Shown here: piece by piece, positions 41,501 through 56,199 of the stretch
Position numbering within the stretch: the stretch's first letter is position 1
How the letters are laid out: the number at the start of each line of letters is the position of its first letter
From: Eledone cirrhosa
Lineage: Eukaryota
Length of the DNA: 64,000 nucleotides
Assembly (NCBI GenBank): GCA_964016885.1
Contig: OZ024740.1
Coordinates: forward strand, 161,324,001-161,388,000
Direction of reading: 5' to 3'
Notes under the pieces: generated by a model
Told to the model about the DNA's origin: nothing
What the model saw: the letters and a program-made list of their open reading frames with translations, nothing else
Database searches by the model: none
Position numbers and translations under genes: made by a program

Positions 41501-43177
41501 CAATACTGCTCTGTTTTCAGCAATCCTGGTATGGCCGATCTGGGCCGTATCAGTGATGTTAATCCCCAACACACTATATCAGACATAATGTTTGGCGCCC
41601 CTGATGCCTTGGCGGCAATAAACGAAATTAAACACAATTCAGCAGTAGGGCCGACAGGTTCCCTGCTTGTGTCCTGAAGGTGTATCGACACCAACTTGCA
41701 TCTTCTCTTGCTAATCTGTGGAGGAACTCACTGGACACTGGCTATATTCCTGAAAACTTTCTGTCCCAGTCCATTGTCCCAGTCTTCAAACGTGGATATA
41801 AGTCCCTTGCAGTGAACTACCGTCCGATCTCACTCACCTCTCATATTATCAAGGTATTTGAGAGGGTGGTGAGATCACGAATAACCAAATTTCTTGAAAG
41901 CAACGGCCTGCTGAATTCCAACCAACATGGGTTCCGTAAAGGAAGGGACTGCCTATCGCAGCTCCTGCATCACTTTGACGATGTTTTGAGAGCCTTGGGT
42001 GAGGGCTCCTACACTGATGTCATCTACCATGATTTCAGCAAGGCCTTTGACAGGGTTGATCATAAGATTCTACTGAAACAGCTATCCAATGTTGGTGTCT
42101 CTGGAATTTTACTATAGTGGATCAAATGTTTCCTTACAGACAGAACCCAGCATGTTGCAGTCGAAGGAGTAAAAATCTAGCCCTGCCAAAGCCAGCAGTG
42201 GCGTCCCACAAGGCACTGTATTGGGCCCGCTTAATGAAATTACTGACATCATCAAGCACAGCAACATCAGAATCTTCGCAGATGATTCCAAGCACCAAAG
42301 GGTCATCAATGAGGTGGGTGACCGGACTTGCCTTCAGTCAGACCTACTGGCTGTTATCCAATGGGCAGAAAATAATAATATGCTGTTGAATGAGGATAAG
42401 TTTGAATTAACCCACTTTGGAAAAAAGGATGCTCTGAAACTACCATACTCTCTTCCTTCGGGTGAAACTCTAGTGGCATCCAACAACATCGGAGACCTGG
42501 GAGTAATTGGGGACAACAACATAAGCTGGGCCACTCATATAAACAGCAAAGTTGATATGGCCCAAAAAATGTGTTACTGGTTACTCAGAACTTTCCATCC
42601 GAGAGATATCCACACTGTTATCCTTCTCTTCTCCACATTTGCCCGACCCCACCTTGAATACTGTTGTCCACTGTGGTCTCCCCACTCGAAACGAAGTATC
42701 ATGAAAGTTGAAGCACCCCAAAGTTCAATAACAAAAAAGATAGATGGCATGACAGGCCTTGACTATTGGAGTCAATTAGAAAAGCTCAACCTTTATTCTC
42801 TGCAACGTCGCAGTGAGCGCTACATTATCTGCATGATGTGGAAAATATTCCATCAGCTTTGCCCAAATGATGTTGGCATCACCTTTAGTGTACACCCAAG
42901 GCTTGGGCCCCATGCTATCCGCCCACGACAAAAATCTCACTCGCATCTCATAACAACAATACGGCACAATTAGTTCACCTCAATTGGCCCTGCTCTCTTT
43001 AACATTACATCAAAACACATAAAACAGACCCCATCAAGTTCAAGAAGTCTTTGGATAAATTCCTTCAAGAAATCCCGGATAAGCCTCCTACACCCGGATA
43101 TGCCTCCGTAAACAATAACACTGATCGAGTGGGCCATGGTGCCCAAAATCTGATTTGTAAGACTTCGCCAGGTGGAT
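38581..43177 (+). mobile_element. Near full-length CR1-like LINE (ORF1 + APE-RT ORF2), decayed, flanked by (TA)n
   Basis: APE: LTETHL, MGDFNLP, ILDLVF, SDHD. RT: YRPISLTS, QHGFR, DFSKAFDRV, GVPQG, IFADDSK, RPHLEYC..LWSP. ORF1 starts at 38981. Confidence 0.9.
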
Positions 43178-43180
43178 ATA

Positions 43181-43233
<53 letters not shown>

Positions 43234-43311
43234 TATATATATATATATTTTTTTTTTATATATATATATACAATATATATATATATATATATTTAATATA
43301 TATATATATAT

Positions 43312-43346
<35 letters not shown>

Positions 43347-43382
43347 AATATATATATATATATAAATATATATATAAATATA

Positions 43383-43953
<571 letters not shown>

Positions 43954-43990
43954 GGAAGTTATAGTTCACTTGAAGCATTGTGTAATGAGG

Positions 43991-44307
43991 TATAAACGTT
44001 TGTATATGTATAATAAAGCCAAAACAATGCAGGTATGGACATAGAATAAAGAATGCAAAAGCAAAAGATATTGTTGACAATTAGTCTTTTACCTTAGATT
44101 TATTTAAATGTCCTTAATTTTCAAGATAATATCTCTTCTTCGGAGGGAAGTAAAGCGGTTAAACCAGTGTTCTAAATAGCTTGCCAAGTCATGCTGACTG
44201 GAAATGGTATAGGTAAAAGACTAATTGACAACAATATCTTTTGCATTTGGATTCTTTATTCTATGTCCATACCTGCATTGTTTTGGCTTTATTATACATA
44301 TACAAAC

Positions 44308-44313
<6 letters not shown>
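43991..44313. repeat. ~103-bp inverted repeat pair (probable PLE pLTR ends) in (TA)n
   Basis: 43991-44093 vs 44211-44313. Confidence 0.8.
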
Positions 44314-44340
<27 letters not shown>

Positions 44341-44344
<4 letters not shown>

Positions 44345-46145
44345 ATCAAAAGATGGTTAAATGAGTTTCAAGTATTTTATTATGCGCATTTCAAAAACAA
44401 ATATCATCATGGGAGGATATCTGCGTTCTCATCAGATAAAATAGGGAGACATGATATGAAGCTTAAAAAATACTTGTGAATAGTGAAGTTTAAAAATCAA
44501 CATATGAAAAATAAATTAAGATTGATGTATGGGATTGGGAAAAAGTGAGGGGGTTTGGAAAAGGTAAGGAAGAGGAAGAAATAAGAGTAAAGGATAGTGG
44601 GGGAGGAGTATAAGAAGGAAGGATGAGAGAGGAGGAGAGATGGGTGATAGAGAGAGAGAGATAGCCTTTACAACTGAGAAAAAATTAAAAAGCCGTTGGA
44701 AGATAATAGATAATTTAAAAGATTTTGAAATTAAAAGTTAATCTAATTTCAATTCGATAATAAATAGACTCACAGATTTATTTTCTCTCTGCTTGCATAA
44801 ATTCCACAGAACATTCCATAAAGTATACAGCTAATACCTCAATACATTACTAGTTTAAAATCCTTTTTCTCAAAAGCTTATATATCTTTTACAAATATAC
44901 CCATCTTTCTACCTTATTTCAGTATTATATATTATATAATACAATTTACTCATTCTATATCATTCCTCTTTATCATGTTCCTTTCTTCCATTTTTCTTTT
45001 TAATTTCTAACCTCTAATCTGTACTTTTTCTTCCCAACTACTTCTCAATTCATATTATTACTCACCACGACATTATCCATTCTTCCATCTTTCCTCACAT
45101 CATTGGCCATAAAAATTATTATTTTAATACATTATAGTATTACCATTAGAAGTCCTTCGTAAACATATACATTTTTGACGTTAGATTTTTTTTCTTCCTT
45201 AAATTGTTCATATCTCTTCCGTCCTTTCATGCTCGTTTTAAACTACTACTTAATTTTACTTTTATATATTAAAATACATAAAAACAAACTTAAACCCTAA
45301 CTAATTTCTTTTGATATATTATATTATTACCATTAGAAAATATTTCATAAACATATATACTTTTTGATGTTAGATATTTTCTTCCTTAAACATTATTTTC
45401 TTCTTTCCTTCCGCGCTCATTTTAAACAAACTATTTACGTACACATATTACATTACATAAAAACAAACTTAAACCCAAACTAATTCCTCTAAATTCATAA
45501 CTCATTCATTCTTCTCCTTCTTTTCACATTATATCCTTAATATCATTAATATTTTTATTTTAATAATACATATTAATAAATTCTTTTCTTCGCACATATT
45601 ATTAAACCCTTCAATATACAAACCTTAATTTAATACTATTCTTAATTCCTTTTTCTTGATGCATAAACCTCATTAACTTTTAATTTCAAAATCTTTTAAA
45701 TTATCTATTATCTTCCAACAGCTTTTTAATTTCTCTCTGTGAGACAATATTTTTTCTCAGTTGTAAAGGCTATCTCTCTATCTCTCTCTCTCCCCCACCA
45801 TCCTTTACTCTTATTTCTTCCTCTTCCTTACCTTTTCCAACCCCCCTCACTTTTTCCCAATCTCATACATCAATCTTAATTTATTTTTCATATGTTGATT
45901 TAAAACTTTACTATTCACAAGTGTTTTTTAAGCTTCATATCATGTCTCCCTATTTTATCTGATATGAACGCAGATATCATCCCATGATGATATTTGTTTT
46001 TGAAATGCGCATAATAAAATACTTGGAACTCTTTTAACCATCTTTTGATCTTATATTATTTATACTCCATTCCTACAAATTGTAGAGTGCTACTTATCCG
46101 ATATTTGCATTGCTTTATTGTGCTACAATAAAACTCACCTCCTAC
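44341..46145 (+). mobile_element. Probable PLE remnant with ~400-bp inverted pLTR arms
   Basis: 44341-44742 is inverted at 45672-46053; internal tandem duplication ~45135-45490; flanked by (TA)n; little coding signal left. Confidence 0.6.
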
Positions 46146-46165
46146 ATATATATATATATATATAT

Positions 46166-46340
<175 letters not shown>

Positions 46341-46799
46341 ACCAGTTTTTCCAAGGGCGGTGCCCCACCATGGCCTCAGCTGGATGGCTGGAACAGGTAA
46401 AAGAGTAAATATAATTATATTTTGTTATGATTATAAGGCCAATCAAAACGCACTGGTTCTGTTTCACTTCAGATTTATTAATCAACTGATTTGCAGTTTG
46501 TCATCTTAAAACGTAACACTCTCCATTTCAATACACCATTTTTTACCAGGAACCAGTAAACCAAGGTTTTGTCTCGTGCCAGTTCTTTATTCTGACCTAA
46601 CGTCTTTCATAAAATATTATATGATTTCTTTCCCTCTTGGGCATTACACAAATTCCATAGCATATAATATACCCAGGGTGTTTGGAAATTGCTTATTATT
46701 GAAAATCATTTGCAGTGAGTGTTGTAAAACCAGCCATATAACTACATATGTACATTAAAAATAGCTTGTAGTGAGATTTAGCATAGCCTTCCATAGAGT

Positions 46800-47000
46800 G
46801 AAAGCGCATAGTTTAGTGGTTACTTTGTTTGGCTCAACATTGAAAGGATGTGAGTTCATTTCTCGGTGTCGCGTTTTTCCTTGAGCAAAACACTGGGTAC
46901 ACGTTTTGTGGAATACTCAGCTGCTTGCACGTTAATTTTGCGAACAGTCTGTTCGGTTGATCAACCATCTTGAACACTTATCGACGACTGACAGAGGTCC
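46800..47000 (+). mobile_element. tRNA-derived SINE (family B), diverged
   Basis: GCGCATAGTTTAGTGGTTA..GAGTTCATTTC..CCTTGAGCAAAACACT; similar to 61170-61450. Confidence 0.6.
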
Positions 47001-48969
47001 AACAACAACAACATCCGTACTTGACCAGAATCCTTTACTTTCAATTTTCGTTCACTTTACTTTAATTCATTGTTTTAATTTTATGGACTCTACAAATCCG
47101 ATTGAAATCTCTCTCAGGCAAATCCAATGACTTTTAAAAACACAGTTATAATAAGATTTAAGAATCGAAGTGAATTTTGTTTTTCTACTTGAAATAAAAT
47201 TTAGCAAGCTATCACATTACTTAGCGTTTTACTTTTGGTGTAGATATTTCACAATTAATATCACAATATCGCTCCGTTTAGTTTTACCAACGTGAACACT
47301 TTGCTGTTAACAAACCTATTGACGTCTATTCTGACAGTTAAATACAATGAAGAATAAAAGTATGAAGCCAATTATAGATTATTACAGTTGCCGATCACTG
47401 AGCCGTAGAAAGATCACTTAGTTTCTGTCTAAGTCTAAATATTCTGTAAGGATTATGCTGACGTTTTCCTCAACTTCATTTGCTAACTTTATTCTTCTTT
47501 TAAAATTACTTATTGAAATCGTCGTTAATCATCATCATTATTATCAACCAATTCCATCTTTTTTGTGGGGGTTGGGGCGTATTTCTAATTTGAAATTGGG
47601 AGCCTTAATGCTATGACCCTAGAATTTAGAAATCCCAGCCACATAAACAAGATCATATTGTACAAGATCTGTGTTACCTTTCACCTTTTCAAGGCTGAAA
47701 AAGAAAATATTCATCCAGGGTGGAGGATTGATGAAATTTTTAGAGCATTAGACGCCGTGTCTTTTCTGCGATTTACGTTCTTAATTCAAATCCTGTTGTA
47801 GCCTACATATATGACTTAATGTAGTCTACATATATGACTTAATCCATTGCCCGATTTAACACTATCCCTTGGCTCTTGGGTGCTTTTCGTGAATTTCCCA
47901 CTATTGCAAGTATTCGGGTAAGATCTCCTACCTGTTTCGTAGGTCCTATTTACTGTTTTTCCCGTGAGGGTCTTTAGGAGAGTCCACTCTGTTGTAAGCA
48001 TTCGGATCACAATTTTAGTTTGAAGATATCTTCCCTCCAACACTCTCATCATATATTCAGGTGCCCTAAAATGGGTCACGGGCACTGCCCTTCCATGACT
48101 GACTAAACAGTAAATCGAAAAACAACAAAAACAAACATTCCAGATATTTCTATAAACCGGTACAATATTGTAAAAGATAAAACCCTAAACAGTTCGGCCC
48201 AAGAAATACAATGAAATTCCAACGACCAGCTTGAACCGCTGTTGTTGCTGTTACATCTCCAAAATACGTATGTAAGAGCTACCTTCCTATTAAGTCGTAT
48301 CAGAAAATGTTACATAAGTCTTTTAATCATTGGAGTCCCAGTCATATCATGTCGCTATGTTTCTGGTGATGGGAGGAGTAACTCAGAACGAACATTGTCG
48401 GAAGAGATACCACAAAGCGTCTCGTCCCATGCTCTAACAACTTGAACTTTTGTTAAAAACATGAATAAGTAGTTCAATATTTTTATACAGTTCGTCCTCT
48501 CACTTCAAAGCTAACACGTACTGCCTTATAAGGTACATTTAACCTTTCATTGATTTCAATCATTAGAATGCGCCCCTGTTGGAGATCTGCTTTTAAGGAA
48601 ATTAGTCGAACCTATCGATCCCACTACTTATCTATTTTCCAAGTCTGGTATTTATTTGATCGATCTCTATCAGACGAACCACTAACGAATGGGATGTAAA
48701 CAACACACACACATATAATATATATAATATATATATATATATATGAGTTGCGACCGATAGATAGTATTACCAACTGGAAAGACCGACGAAAACATTGTTT
48801 CCTCGGTCCGATTTGACGAAAGTCGATCGATATATATGTATATATATAAAATCGTATTTCTTCTTCTGTCTCCCAGAAATGCTTTCTTCTATTCATTCTA
48901 TCTTCGGACAAAGAACTGATGTCTGAAACGTTACAACTCCTCTACTATATCAAATGTTAAACTAGTATA

Positions 48970-49142
48970 TGGTTTCGGATTTATGCACAAGGCCAACAAT
49001 TTGTGGCGTGGGAAAGTCCATTAAACTAACACATAAGGATGAAAGGCAAAGAAAACCTCGGCTGCATTTGAACTCAGAACGTAAAGGGACGTAACTATAT
49101 GTTGCAAAGCATGTTGTCCATCATTCTATTGATATTGCCAGT
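48970..49142 (-). mobile_element. SINE family A, diverged
   Basis: GCACAAGGCC..AAGGATGAAAGGCAAAG..TTTGAACTCAGAAC. Confidence 0.8.
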
Positions 49143-49145
49143 AAT

Positions 49146-49415
49146 TGTATTGTTCTCCCGTATCTTTTCTTTGTTGACTAATTTGTTATTTTGTGTATCT
49201 CCTTTGTTTTCAAAGGTCTTTCGTCACATATTCTGTGGTAGCACTTACATACGTTAGTCACTGAGGAGGTCACAGAATGTGTAACGAAAAGGCTTTGACA
49301 ATAAATAAACAACTTTTCAGGTATTAAACCAACCAACCGAAATTTTGTAATCAATTAACTGAAACCATAGGTGCGTGTGTTTTTATCGGCAGCATGACCC
49401 ACCCAAAGTATAATA
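49146..49415. mobile_element. Solo pLTR pieces of the Naiad-like family, with back-to-back HHRs
   Basis: HHR at 49257-49299 (GTCA-CTGAGGA-G-GTCACA..TGTAAC-GAAA..TT-TGAC); partial inverted HHR at 49211-49238; terminus CATGACCC.CCCAAAGTATAA as at 14791. Confidence 0.75.
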
Positions 49416-49467
49416 TCTGTTTCAACACAAGGTTTTAGATAATAAATCAATTACAAAAACGAAGTAA

Positions 49468-49512
<45 letters not shown>

Positions 49513-49663
49513 TACGTTATTCCGGGTTGAATCGGAGGTAACCACAGTAAGTAAGGTACTCAATACATAGCAGAGTATAAAAGTTTTGATGATTTCTAAA
49601 GAATGAAACAGTTCTAGTCCTGTAGAATCTCATCTATATTAAAACTTATATATATATATATAT

Positions 49664-49803
49664 GATGTGAGAAAAACCACAAACCCTCCATCTCAATTCT
49701 ACTTTTGAAAAGCAGAAGAACTGCGAAACCGGTAAAGGAACCAAATAAATATATATTTAAAAAAAAAAAGACTCCAGTTGCATTTTCGATTTCATCTTTT
49801 TTC

Positions 49804-49808
<5 letters not shown>
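49664..49808 (+). mobile_element. Solo pLTR end of the 24.5-27.6 kb PLE family, with HHR at 49701-49738, in (TA)n
   Basis: Matches ~27418-27565. Confidence 0.88.
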
Positions 49809-49866
<58 letters not shown>

Positions 49867-50279
49867 GGTGGACTTCCAGCCAGTTTGGGCCTACCAAATC
49901 TCACTCCCAAGTCATCGGTGAGACCCGACATTATAGTTAAAAGATAGTTGACCATACAGCCGTGCCTGCACCTCCGTGCTATACTTTATAACAAAACTAT
50001 TTGTATCCCATAATCACACGCTATGTCTGATATAAGATAGCTATTTATACTCTGTTATTGTCTGCTAGTCTCAGATTACGTCTTAGATCTTGTAGAATTA
50101 ATAGTGTCAGAGTTTCACCTAAGATTACGCTTTGGTCAATTTGTCAAATTTCATTACAAATCATTTTTTCCGTCTCTGTATTGGTTATGTACAGCGTACA
50201 GTACTTGCGTGCGTGTCCGTCTACGTGTGTGTATGTGTGGTTGACTGTCTTATCTCCCACTCTCACTTTCTACCTCTCG

Positions 50280-51080
<801 letters not shown>

Positions 51081-51539
51081 ATTAGTATACACTCACAAAC
51101 ACACAGAGAGATACACGTAAATACTTACGCTGTCTTCAACTGATTACTTTCAATATTACAATAGATATTCATTAGATCAGCCATCATTGTTCTTTGGACT
51201 TCGTTCCACCATTAATTCCTCTTCTAGTGACAACTACAAGTATTGTCACAATGGCAACAAGCCCCCACACATGACAATGATATTAACAATAATAACGATT
51301 TATAACATAGGCACAAGTACACATAAAATGGTGAGTAAAGAATGTAATTGAATAATTCTAAACATGTCTGTCATGTGGCTATAAACGTCATATCGTAAAC
51401 TACTTGGATCCGTGTTCGATGTCACAGCATGACCGTAATTATTGTTCTTTTTTTATTTACTAGGATTTTTTCAACACGCTGACGCGTATGTGTATGTCCA
51501 TATAACTCTTAATTGAAAGGATGGTACATTTCCAGGTAT

Positions 51540-52345
51540 ATTGAAATTGACAGCCACCGTCCTGTCACCCTAACAGTCGGGTGAAATATTAGGGCGCAGT
51601 GGTTGATACATAGATAGGTGGGAGATTGGTACAGTGAAAAGGAATGAGAGAAAAATATCCAGCTGCTTATCATAAAAAATTCTAGAGAGATTGAAATATA
51701 AGGAGGAATAATAGAAAGAGTGATGGGGAAAAAATGACTTGACTAACAGAGGAAAGGTGGAAAGAGATGGGAATTAGAGCCGCGACGTAATATAGTAAGA
51801 AATGTATAAAGACTGGGCGAATGATTTATATAAAAAACAACGCTAGTGAGATAGAGAAATTCGTGTATGGTATGAGAGTCTAGAATGGGGAAAAGCATTA
51901 ATGGGGAAGATTTTAATATGTAGCGGGAAATGGGGGAACTATATATACACATAGAGAGAAAAAGACGAATTAATAAAGTGTCATTAAAAATAATGGTGGG
52001 TGCGAGCATAAGAGTCTGAAAGTGACGTAAAAAGGCTAAGCAACATGTAAGAGAAGAAGAAGCTCAGGGAACGGCAGGACATACTCTTAATTTTTCAAAT
52101 ATAAAAGTGGCTGTAAATCAAATAGACGAGGTTCTGTTACAGAGGAATTACTCGATTTTGAACTGCAGAAAGAAGATGAAGATTACTATAAGTTAATACT
52201 AGACATGAATCGAAGAAGAGAAGTACTGCAAAACGACAGCAACAAACAAGAGAAATATAAGCAAGAATAAGGTAAAAATGGATAACTGAAAGAAGACAAA
52301 AATGAAACAAGAAAAAATATAGCAAGGTTTGAAGTAAAAAGAATA
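51540..52345 (-). mobile_element. Highly decayed LINE 3' fragment (CR1/Jockey-like)
   Basis: LHLLSAVQNRVI and VA.LAFL-like residues resemble LINE ORF2 C-termini; weak match. Confidence 0.35.
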
Positions 52346-52874
52346 AGAATTACTAAAAGGAGACAGAAATAAACACCGCCAGTATTATTTATAACTACCT
52401 ATTTATTATATTTATGGCCATTTGTATTCCTATCTTTAAAATCACACTCAACTATCTGCATTGTTTCTAGATATATACGTAAGTGTTAGTATATATGTGC
52501 GGTTACTGAGTGTCTGCCGTTTTCGTGTAGTGTTTCTGTCTATATGGGCATTTCTATCTCTGTGTGTCTGTGTGCTTGTTGTTTAACTTTATGCCTGTTC
52601 TGATCGAGTTGATCTATGATCAACAGAAGTTTGATCGTGACTATCCCGGCTAATGTTTAGCCATAGCGTAGTATATCTAAGACGACAATGTTCAATGTGC
52701 TATGCTTAAGACAACGAGGTATGCTTTGACGAAGATATTTGAATGCTATTTCTAGTAGTTCGAGCGAACACTCAAGTGTTTCTCTCTTTGGCTCGGCTGT
52801 TTCTGTGATTGTGTGGTCGTGTGTGTTGAAGCTTTCGTTGTTGTCTGATAGGAAATTTTCTTTATCGACTTCGC

Positions 52875-52914
52875 TTTTCTGACGTTTTCTAAGAGACTGC
52901 GAAACATGTCAAGA
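52875..52914 (+). ncRNA. Degenerate minimal HHR
   Basis: TTTT-CTGACG..TTTCTaAGAGActgc-GAAA-CATG-TC-AAGA; part of stem II appears deleted. Confidence 0.5.
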
Positions 52915-54985
52915 CACTTACGTCAAAAAAAAAGGAAAAGAAAAAAGTAAATTTTTCTCTCGACAAATCACTACTGTAAATCACATCTCTAATCACCGAT
53001 AATGCCTGCCACTAAGTTACAGAACTTTATAGATTTGGAAGAGCTATAAAAATGGTGTAATTGTTTTAGTTGTTGCGGTTATTGTTACTATTCTGGTATT
53101 TTAGAAAAGCTATCTCTATTTAACAGTACCGATTTGTTTAGGTTAGCTTTCACAAAATCTAATGAGGCCGATGCTTGCATTGTTGTTTAGCCTCGTCGTC
53201 ATGCCGTGGTCGTGGTCATCCCGTCTTTTTTTTATAATACGGAGTACAGAGTGGTTTGAGCGAGATTCGGTTGGTCTTTCTATTTGTAGCAGGTCAAGCT
53301 AGATCAAGCAGTAAATGCAGTTAATCCATCTGCTGCAAATACTTTTTAATTTTCACTTAGCCCTTAGGTGGTTTTGGGAAGTTCACACTGTTACAAGAAT
53401 TCGAGTAAGATCCCGAGTTTGAGGATATTTTCATTTTTGCTCTTCCATATCTCGTAGCTCCTGGGTACTGCCTTCCTTATACTTACTAGGCAGTAAAAAA
53501 TATTTATATTTTACACTGTTGTATGAAGAGTGTTGACATGTTAGTTCAATTTTCGAAACCTTTATTCTTCGAAAACATCGTTAAATCCTTGCCAAAGCTA
53601 GCTGCCTGTCTTCGATCGATTCCTGTGAATTCCATTGGAAACTTATTTACACAAATATCAAGTCTTTGATACAATCTGTCAGAAAAAAAAATGGCAGTAT
53701 GGTCACTGTGAGAATACTTATGATCCTGGGTCTTTTCGATTAAGATTGAAATGCGAAGAAACCAGTAGCAACACGACGTTAAAATTGTAGCTAACTTTCC
53801 GATGTATTTCACCCTAATGCTTGTAAAGAGAAATAAAGGGTTCATAGGATAACAAAGTAATTTTTTTAAATGAGATGAAAAACTATTTTAATTGATTATG
53901 GCGAACATTTTGAACCCAGAACGATGTGAGAAGCTTTCGCTCTGGGGAAGTATAGTTAACTATCAATTACATAATAGGGTTATTATTATTTTTAACACAA
54001 TTACATAATAGGGTTATTATTATTTTTTTTGTTGTTTTGTTTACATGTTAATGTTTTATATTGTTTGTTTGCTTTATTTGTTTGCTTTTTTTGTTTTGTT
54101 TTTTTTTTGCTTGCTTTTTTTAATTTATTTAAACACGGCTAACATAACTTTTAGCTTCAATGCATATAGAAATAAAACTCAGCAATTCGATACTGCAAAC
54201 GACAAGAAGGATGAGGGCGACAACAATGATAACAATGTTGATGATTGGGTTGATGTATCAAAAACGTTCCGCCAACTACCCGTAAATAATGAGGAAAAGG
54301 ATTAAGGGGGAGGGAAGTGGTTGTGTCGAAGTTAAAATAAGTGGTACAGAAATACAGATTGAAATGGTCAACATGAGAGAGAGTGCGGTAGAGGAAGAAA
54401 AGAAAGAAAGAGTTAGAAAAGAGGAAATATGCAATTTAGTAGAAAGTTGTGATAAAAATTTTATATAGAAATAATAAACCCCTATAAATGTTGAATTAAA
54501 TATTTTTATCGAGCTGTTTATTCAGATTTGTTGACAGGCACTTTAATAACACTCATACACATACACTCAACTATAATTATATATATATATATACATGCAC
54601 AAACACACATATATATAATATATATATATATACACACACACACACTTACATATATACATCTTTATATACACAATATATAATATGCAAACATTTTATCTAA
54701 AACAGATCCCTATCTATCAAGAAGAAGAAAAAATGATGGCGTTCTGTTGTTTATATTCAATGTTCATTTAATGCCGTTGAAAACATAAACGGAGATACTT
54801 GTAGCAAAGAAATCAATTTGGTTGGTTACGGTACTTGACGAATTGAATTTAAATTATCACGGAACACACGTACAGAAACACACACAAGCGCATGCGTATT
54901 TGGATATACCCAGGCACGCATACAAACATGAATTGTTTACCTATATTTTTATTTAATATATTACTATATATATATATACATATGC

Positions 54986-55088
<103 letters not shown>

Positions 55089-56005
55089 ATAACGATCATG
55101 CGGTTCTATGATCGCTCAATGAGAGAATTGAAGATACACACACGTGTGTGTGTGAATGAATGAGTGTATATTTGTGTGAGTGTGTGCTTGCGTATGTACG
55201 TGGCAATATATATGGACATGAAGTTACTTGCGAGGAATCAGGCACTAATTGTGTGGTAATCATGGGGTCTCAGGTTCGATCCCAATGCGTGACATTTTGT
55301 GCGTCTTTTCCCATAGCTTTTGGTCGCTCCAATTCTTACAAGAGAAATTGTGTCAGATTTGAGACACACTACATTTAGCCTGAAAATTATGTTAAGATTA
55401 CATAGGTGGAATATTGAACTACATGCATTATAAGTTCTTCAGAAGAGCAAAGTTACGACTACTGCAAGAGATAATTAATGAACACGGTTCCCCCTGGCTG
55501 GCTACAATTTCTGTTTAACTTATCACCGGCACTGGAAAAAGGCGATAAACGTTATTACTCCTGAAGTAAAAGAGAAAAGGAGTCGTATGACATTTCAAAA
55601 AACGTATGATATTTCAATACAATCTGAAAGCTGTCGATATCAACTGGGACAGAGCCGAATGAGCAAGAATATGCCTACGACCAATGCACTACCCCACGCA
55701 AGAGGAGATACGACTGGGAGGTGGCATAGCCGTTAGAACTAGGAAGAGAATACCTTGCGGTATTCGTTTCAGATCTGCGGTCAAATTCTCTCCCTCGTTC
55801 AAGAAAAATAAATCGGATGAGATTCTACCTGGATGAAGATCAACTCTATGAAGTTTAAGATTCCCAGAATACATCTTATTTCACGACGACACACATATGC
55901 CTTTAGGAGTTGAGGTCATAAAATAAGGCAAAGGTATGTAAATCAATGAGTAAACATGTATGTAAGTATGTATTATGTATGTATGTATATATATATAATT
56001 ATTTT

Positions 56006-56174
56006 TATAATCTCAACTAGGGATTGAACCTATAACTACACAATGTTAGTTTCAAAGTCCAGCACTCCTACCAAATGAGCCACAAGTAAGTGTTATGTGG
56101 CTCATTTGGTAGGAGTGCTGGACTTTGAAACTAACATTGCGTAGTTATAGGTTCAATCTCTAGTTGAGATTATA
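56006..56174. repeat. Hairpin made of two inverted tRNA-like (SINE head) arms
   Basis: ~78-bp arms with an 11-nt spacer; each arm has TGGCTCATTTGG, CTGGACTTTGAA and GGTTCAATC. Confidence 0.85.
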
Positions 56175-56199
56175 AATATATATATATATATATTTGAAT

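Noticed and set aside
48745-48945. GACCGA/TCGGTC hairpin and GAAACGTTA motif
   Set aside because: Possibly decayed HHR/pLTR pieces, but too incomplete to call.
53546-53845. Short ORFs as host exons (also 15886-16101 and 47816-48085)
   Set aside because: No recognisable domain or convincing splice context; a small exon cannot be excluded without RNA-seq.
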